A stretch of 64,000 nt of DNA. Source: an uncultured cyanobacterium (GTDB lineage: Bacteria > Cyanobacteriota > Cyanobacteriia > Pseudanabaenales > Pseudanabaenaceae). The notes below the pieces were generated by a model. The model had not been told where the DNA came from. It made no database searches and saw nothing but the letters and a program-made list of their open reading frames with translations. A program made the translations under genes and the position numbers. The DNA lies in contig OY969811.1 in the NCBI GenBank assembly GCA_963703315.1, forward strand, positions 1,728,001-1,792,000, in the 5' to 3' direction. This document shows, piece by piece, positions 60,773 through 64,000 of the stretch. Position 1 is the first letter of the stretch. Every line of letters begins with the position of its first letter.

Positions 60773-62854
60773 TTATTCAAATAGAGGCATTTCTAGAGAA
60801 ACTGGGGCAAATTCTAATTGCACTGTCGGCTGTCTGACTTTGGCAGCAAAGGCAAGAGGGTCGAGGTCGAATTGCTCAAATAACTCCCGTCCACGAATAC
60901 AACGTAATTCAGGATTTTCCGCAGCACCACTCACTACCCAAAGCACAAAATCCTTATTGCTACGAGCATTCTCAATCTCGATCGCTGAAATCGCAAAGGA
61001 TTCACGATCTTTGGTGAAGCTCTTGATCACGACAGCTTCACTCAGATCATCTTTGGTACATTCGAGATCATAGCCAACTTGAGATTTATCAACTGACTTT
61101 ACAAACCAGCCATCACGCATATATTGCGCCATTACCGAGATCATCGCTAGTTTCTCCGCCGTACTAGGATCTTCAATGGAGAAAGGGACAGGTTTTTCAA
61201 CTACCCGATCAACGACTCTTTCGACCACGCGATCGACTAGTTTTTCCACCTCCACAATCTTTTCGACTTCAACTAGCTTCTCGACTTCAACCAGTTTTTC
61301 CACCTCCACAATCTTTTCGATTTCGACAATTTTTTCGACTTCAACTAGTTTCTCGACTTCGACAATCTTTTCGACTACCTTCTCAACTTCCACAATCTGA
61401 GCGATCGCTTCAGGTGAATGGGATACTTCTACTTCAGAGTCAGAAAATGCAGCGATCGCTTCTTCGCTAGTCATAAATTCGGCAACAGGCATAGCGATAG
61501 CTTGATCTTCCTGGGTTGGAATCTCGACAATGAGAGCGCTAGTTTCTTCGTCAGTATCATCAAGAACAAACTTAGAACTAATTGGTTCATTGATTGGCTC
61601 AACGGCGGCGGGCGTTTCTGAAGGCGCGATCGCATAGCTACTTCTGGGTTTTGCCTTAGGTAGAGAGTCAATCGCTAGAGTTTCCAGAAATTCCTTGGCT
61701 TTCTTTGCCTTGTCGGGTTTACCTTGAGTCTGATAGAGAACGATCGCCTTACGCAGATCATCCCCAGCAAGGGTTTCATCGGCAATGCTGGGCTGAGAAT
61801 AGGTCAAGCCACGATAGTAGTAGGCATCGACATTACTGGGCTGTAAATCAATGGCATAGCTAAAGTCGCGCAGTGCTTCGGCATATTCCTTGAGAATATA
61901 ATGCGATCGCCCACGCCGAAAAGCAGCAATATCACGATCAGGACTTAGCTCTAGCACGCGGCTATAGGAAGCGATCGCCTGTTCATAACTCTTGAGCTTA
62001 AAGAAAGTGTTACCTAACGATAAATGCGCGTCAGTATAGTTTGGATCAATAGCGATCGCTGCCTGAAAATCTGCTAAGGCTTGCTGAAGCTGATTCAATA
62101 AAAAATTAATTTCGCCGCGTTTGTAGTAGGCTAGACGAGCTTTATCGGGACGCATCGAAATTGCTTTGCCATAATCGCCCACTGCCTTAGCATATTCCCG
62201 CAAACTTACATGGGCATCACCTAAGCCCAAATATGCCTTAATGAAATTTGGATTAAGTTTGAGCGCTTGACGAAAGGATTCCAGTGCATCCTGTGGAAAT
62301 CCTTGCTGAATGTCCTCTAAACCCCATCGGTAATAGACATCAATCAAACTAACGCCCTTACCAGCCCTGATTGCCTTTTGAGTTTGACGCTCCCACTCGC
62401 GATCGAGCATCCGTACATATTCTTCACGAAATACCCCTGCATCGGTTTGTGGTTCGAGAGGCATTCCCTGAAAATGTGGTAACTGGCGCAAATAATCTGT
62501 CCGTAGCGGCTCATCAAAGCTCACACAGGCATCCCAAGCCACCCATATCCGAAAATTGTTCGCCTGTGAGTCGATGTCGTAGGCTTCGCTCAGTTCTCGA
62601 TAACGTGCCGATCGCAGCTTGAGTTGATATTCGCGATCAGCAGGAACAACTGTACCTGATGCAAAATAGCCCTGATTAGTACTACCAATGCGCTTGAAAT
62701 AAGCGCGATCGCCCACCTTCAGGGTTTGAATATTACCGCAGTTCCACGTAACGATATACTGCTCCCCCTCCGAGATCTCAGCGATCGCTTCACGAATAAA
62801 ATCGCGAATCTCTGGCTCTGTCTGCTCGTTACACAGAAAAATTCTTGTGACCAT
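60773..62854 (-). CDS. Multidomain protein: EVE/PUA-like N-terminus, TPR repeats, VEK(I/L)VE repeats, DUF3883-like C-terminus
   Basis: WNCG..LKVGDRAYF..GYFASG; about 6 TPRs (AYYKRG, AYYYRG); hexapeptide repeat; Y..DGW.V..V....GYDL.C.K. Confidence 0.75.
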   Translation of the reverse strand: MVTRIFLCNEQTEPEIRDFIREAIAEISEGEQYIVTWNCGNIQTLKVGDRAYFKRIGSTNQGYFASGTVVPADREYQLKLRSARYRELSEAYDIDSQANNFRIWVAWDACVSFDEPLRTDYLRQLPHFQGMPLEPQTDAGVFREEYVRMLDREWERQTQKAIRAGKGVSLIDVYYRWGLEDIQQGFPQDALESFRQALKLNPNFIKAYLGLGDAHVSLREYAKAVGDYGKAISMRPDKARLAYYKRGEINFLLNQLQQALADFQAAIAIDPNYTDAHLSLGNTFFKLKSYEQAIASYSRVLELSPDRDIAAFRRGRSHYILKEYAEALRDFSYAIDLQPSNVDAYYYRGLTYSQPSIADETLAGDDLRKAIVLYQTQGKPDKAKKAKEFLETLAIDSLPKAKPRSSYAIAPSETPAAVEPINEPISSKFVLDDTDEETSALIVEIPTQEDQAIAMPVAEFMTSEEAIAAFSDSEVEVSHSPEAIAQIVEVEKVVEKIVEVEKLVEVEKIVEIEKIVEVEKLVEVEKLVEVEKIVEVEKLVDRVVERVVDRVVEKPVPFSIEDPSTAEKLAMISVMAQYMRDGWFVKSVDKSQVGYDLECTKDDLSEAVVIKSFTKDRESFAISAIEIENARSNKDFVLWVVSGAAENPELRCIRGRELFEQFDLDPLAFAAKVRQPTVQLEFAPVSLEMPLFE

Positions 62855-62939
62855 AGGGCTATTATCTTACGTTTGCAATGATTGTATCTAGAAAATAGAG
62901 GGAGCGCTAAGCACTCCCTCTATTTTCTCAAATATTTTC

Positions 62940-63320
62940 TTAAATTTGAGCGTAAACGAGATCAGGGCGTAGATCTCGCGCTCCGTTTAGGTAAACGTGC
63001 TTAATTTGGTGCTGCTCAAGGAGGGTATTGACATGAATTAATACTCTAATGCAACGCTCTAAACTGCCCTTGACATACATTTGCTGCACATCCAAAAGTG
63101 GTACATTTTCCCAATGCGATCGCGATCGGGCAATTTTGGCAGGAAATACCACATCAATATCGGTGGTCACTGAAAAAGTGGCACTAACTATTTCACGCGG
63201 ATCGATGTCATTTTGCGCTTCGATCTCCTCCATAAGCTCCAACACAGCCCTCTCTAAGGCTGCGTATGTATTTGTTTCAACTGTGGTTGCACCACGAACG
63301 CCACGTACACGCCAACCCAC
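62940..63320 (-). CDS. aroH: AroH-type chorismate mutase
   Basis: VRGVRGATTV, FSVTTDI...FPA, CIRVLIH, HVYL.GA..LRPDL. Confidence 0.95.
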   Translation of the reverse strand: MGWRVRGVRGATTVETNTYAALERAVLELMEEIEAQNDIDPREIVSATFSVTTDIDVVFPAKIARSRSHWENVPLLDVQQMYVKGSLERCIRVLIHVNTLLEQHQIKHVYLNGARDLRPDLVYAQI

Positions 63321-63595
63321 GTTTTACACCATCCGTAATGTCTGTAAGTGTTCTTGATTGTTAATCATATAGCAATAATAGATAAGGCTCTAAGCCCTGA
63401 CTTTATTTTCTAATATTTTTCATGGATTATGATCTTATCGATCACTTTGGGGATAAATCATTTCGGAGTGCTATAGCTATAATATTTTTGTGATAATTAT
63501 TGCTAAATTTAGGCTGAATAAGGCTACTTAACATCATTACTGGTTAAATCTAGTTAGCATATAATAAACAAAATAATCAGTAATCCTAAGTTGTT

Positions 63596-64000
63596 ATGAG
63601 TCAAGAGCTTGTTTTCCAAACGATCAGAAAATTTCAGGATAAACTGCTTGATCTGTCGGCTAGGAATAAACTCTTAAATTTTAAATTTTCAGAAAAGGCG
63701 CGTACACAGATTCGGATTGTGAACGATGCACCAGATCGGATTTACAAACGTCTAAACGAGGGGAGAAAGCTAGGTTTACAGACTCTGCCTGAGCCAGATA
63801 GTACGCCGCCCGATGAGAATAGTGAGCAGTTTCAACAATTGCTCATAGAAATGCGTAGCACTGATGAGCATTATCAAAATGCGATCGCAAATGATGATGA
63901 AAGTCCAGAAAATTTACAGGCAATTGAAAGACTATTGCGAAATCAAGTAAGAGCTAGGCTAAATTTGCCCCAACTGATCGGCTCGAAGATTAGCCCAACA
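63596..64000 (+). CDS. DUF4011-domain protein N-terminus (probable helicase; runs off window end)
   Basis: Manual translation MSQELVFQTIRKFQDKLLDLSARNKLLNFK..., open to the window end; LLDLSxRNxLLNF is the DUF4011 signature. Confidence 0.75.
   Translation, partial: MSQELVFQTIRKFQDKLLDLSARNKLLNFKFSEKARTQIRIVNDAPDRIYKRLNEGRKLGLQTLPEPDSTPPDENSEQFQQLLIEMRSTDEHYQNAIANDDESPENLQAIERLLRNQVRARLNLPQLIGSKISPT

Noticed and set aside
61176..61400. Ser/Thr-rich repeat ORF on the + strand, or a CRISPR-like array
   Set aside because: It is the antisense shadow of the 18-bp VEKIVE coding repeat; there are no unique spacers.

Overview
A 64-kb chromosomal window from a cyanobacterium. HIP1 (GCGATCGC) is very dense and there are NtcA boxes and phycobilisome-family genes. 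The repeat style is reminiscent of Pseudanabaena, but that assignment is an inference. Housekeeping genes include pyrG (partial), folE, ispD, proA, glnN, rplY, purA, dapB, aroH, nrrA and tRNA-Glu(UUC). Signalling genes include a ManS-like histidine kinase, a CheY-like regulator, a CHASE2 adenylate cyclase, a Ser/Thr kinase with YARHG and SH3 domains, a GAF/pseudo-Hpt protein and a Crp-family regulator. Transport genes include MacB-type and other ABC components and a MarR-RND efflux locus. Small AT-rich, HIP1-poor accessory or defence inserts are scattered through the window: an HTH-NACHT NTPase, an orphan polymorphic toxin/immunity pair, vapBC, a HEPN protein, mazEF, DUF433, an AAA ATPase + TOPRIM-like pair and the start of a DUF4011 protein. 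Most notable: (1) roughly 25-30 intergenic palindromes of several unrelated families converge on a C-NNA-G triloop; (2) a tyrosine recombinase carries an extra, catalytically dead copy of its catalytic domain; (3) an EVE-like/TPR/VEK-repeat/DUF3883-like fusion; (4) an ATPase + TOPRIM candidate defence pair; (5) a tandem-duplicated phycobilisome-linker protein next to a globin-fold bilin-protein homologue, below a perfect NtcA box; (6) an internally deleted TA toxin scar. Family names come from motif recognition only; no database searches were run.
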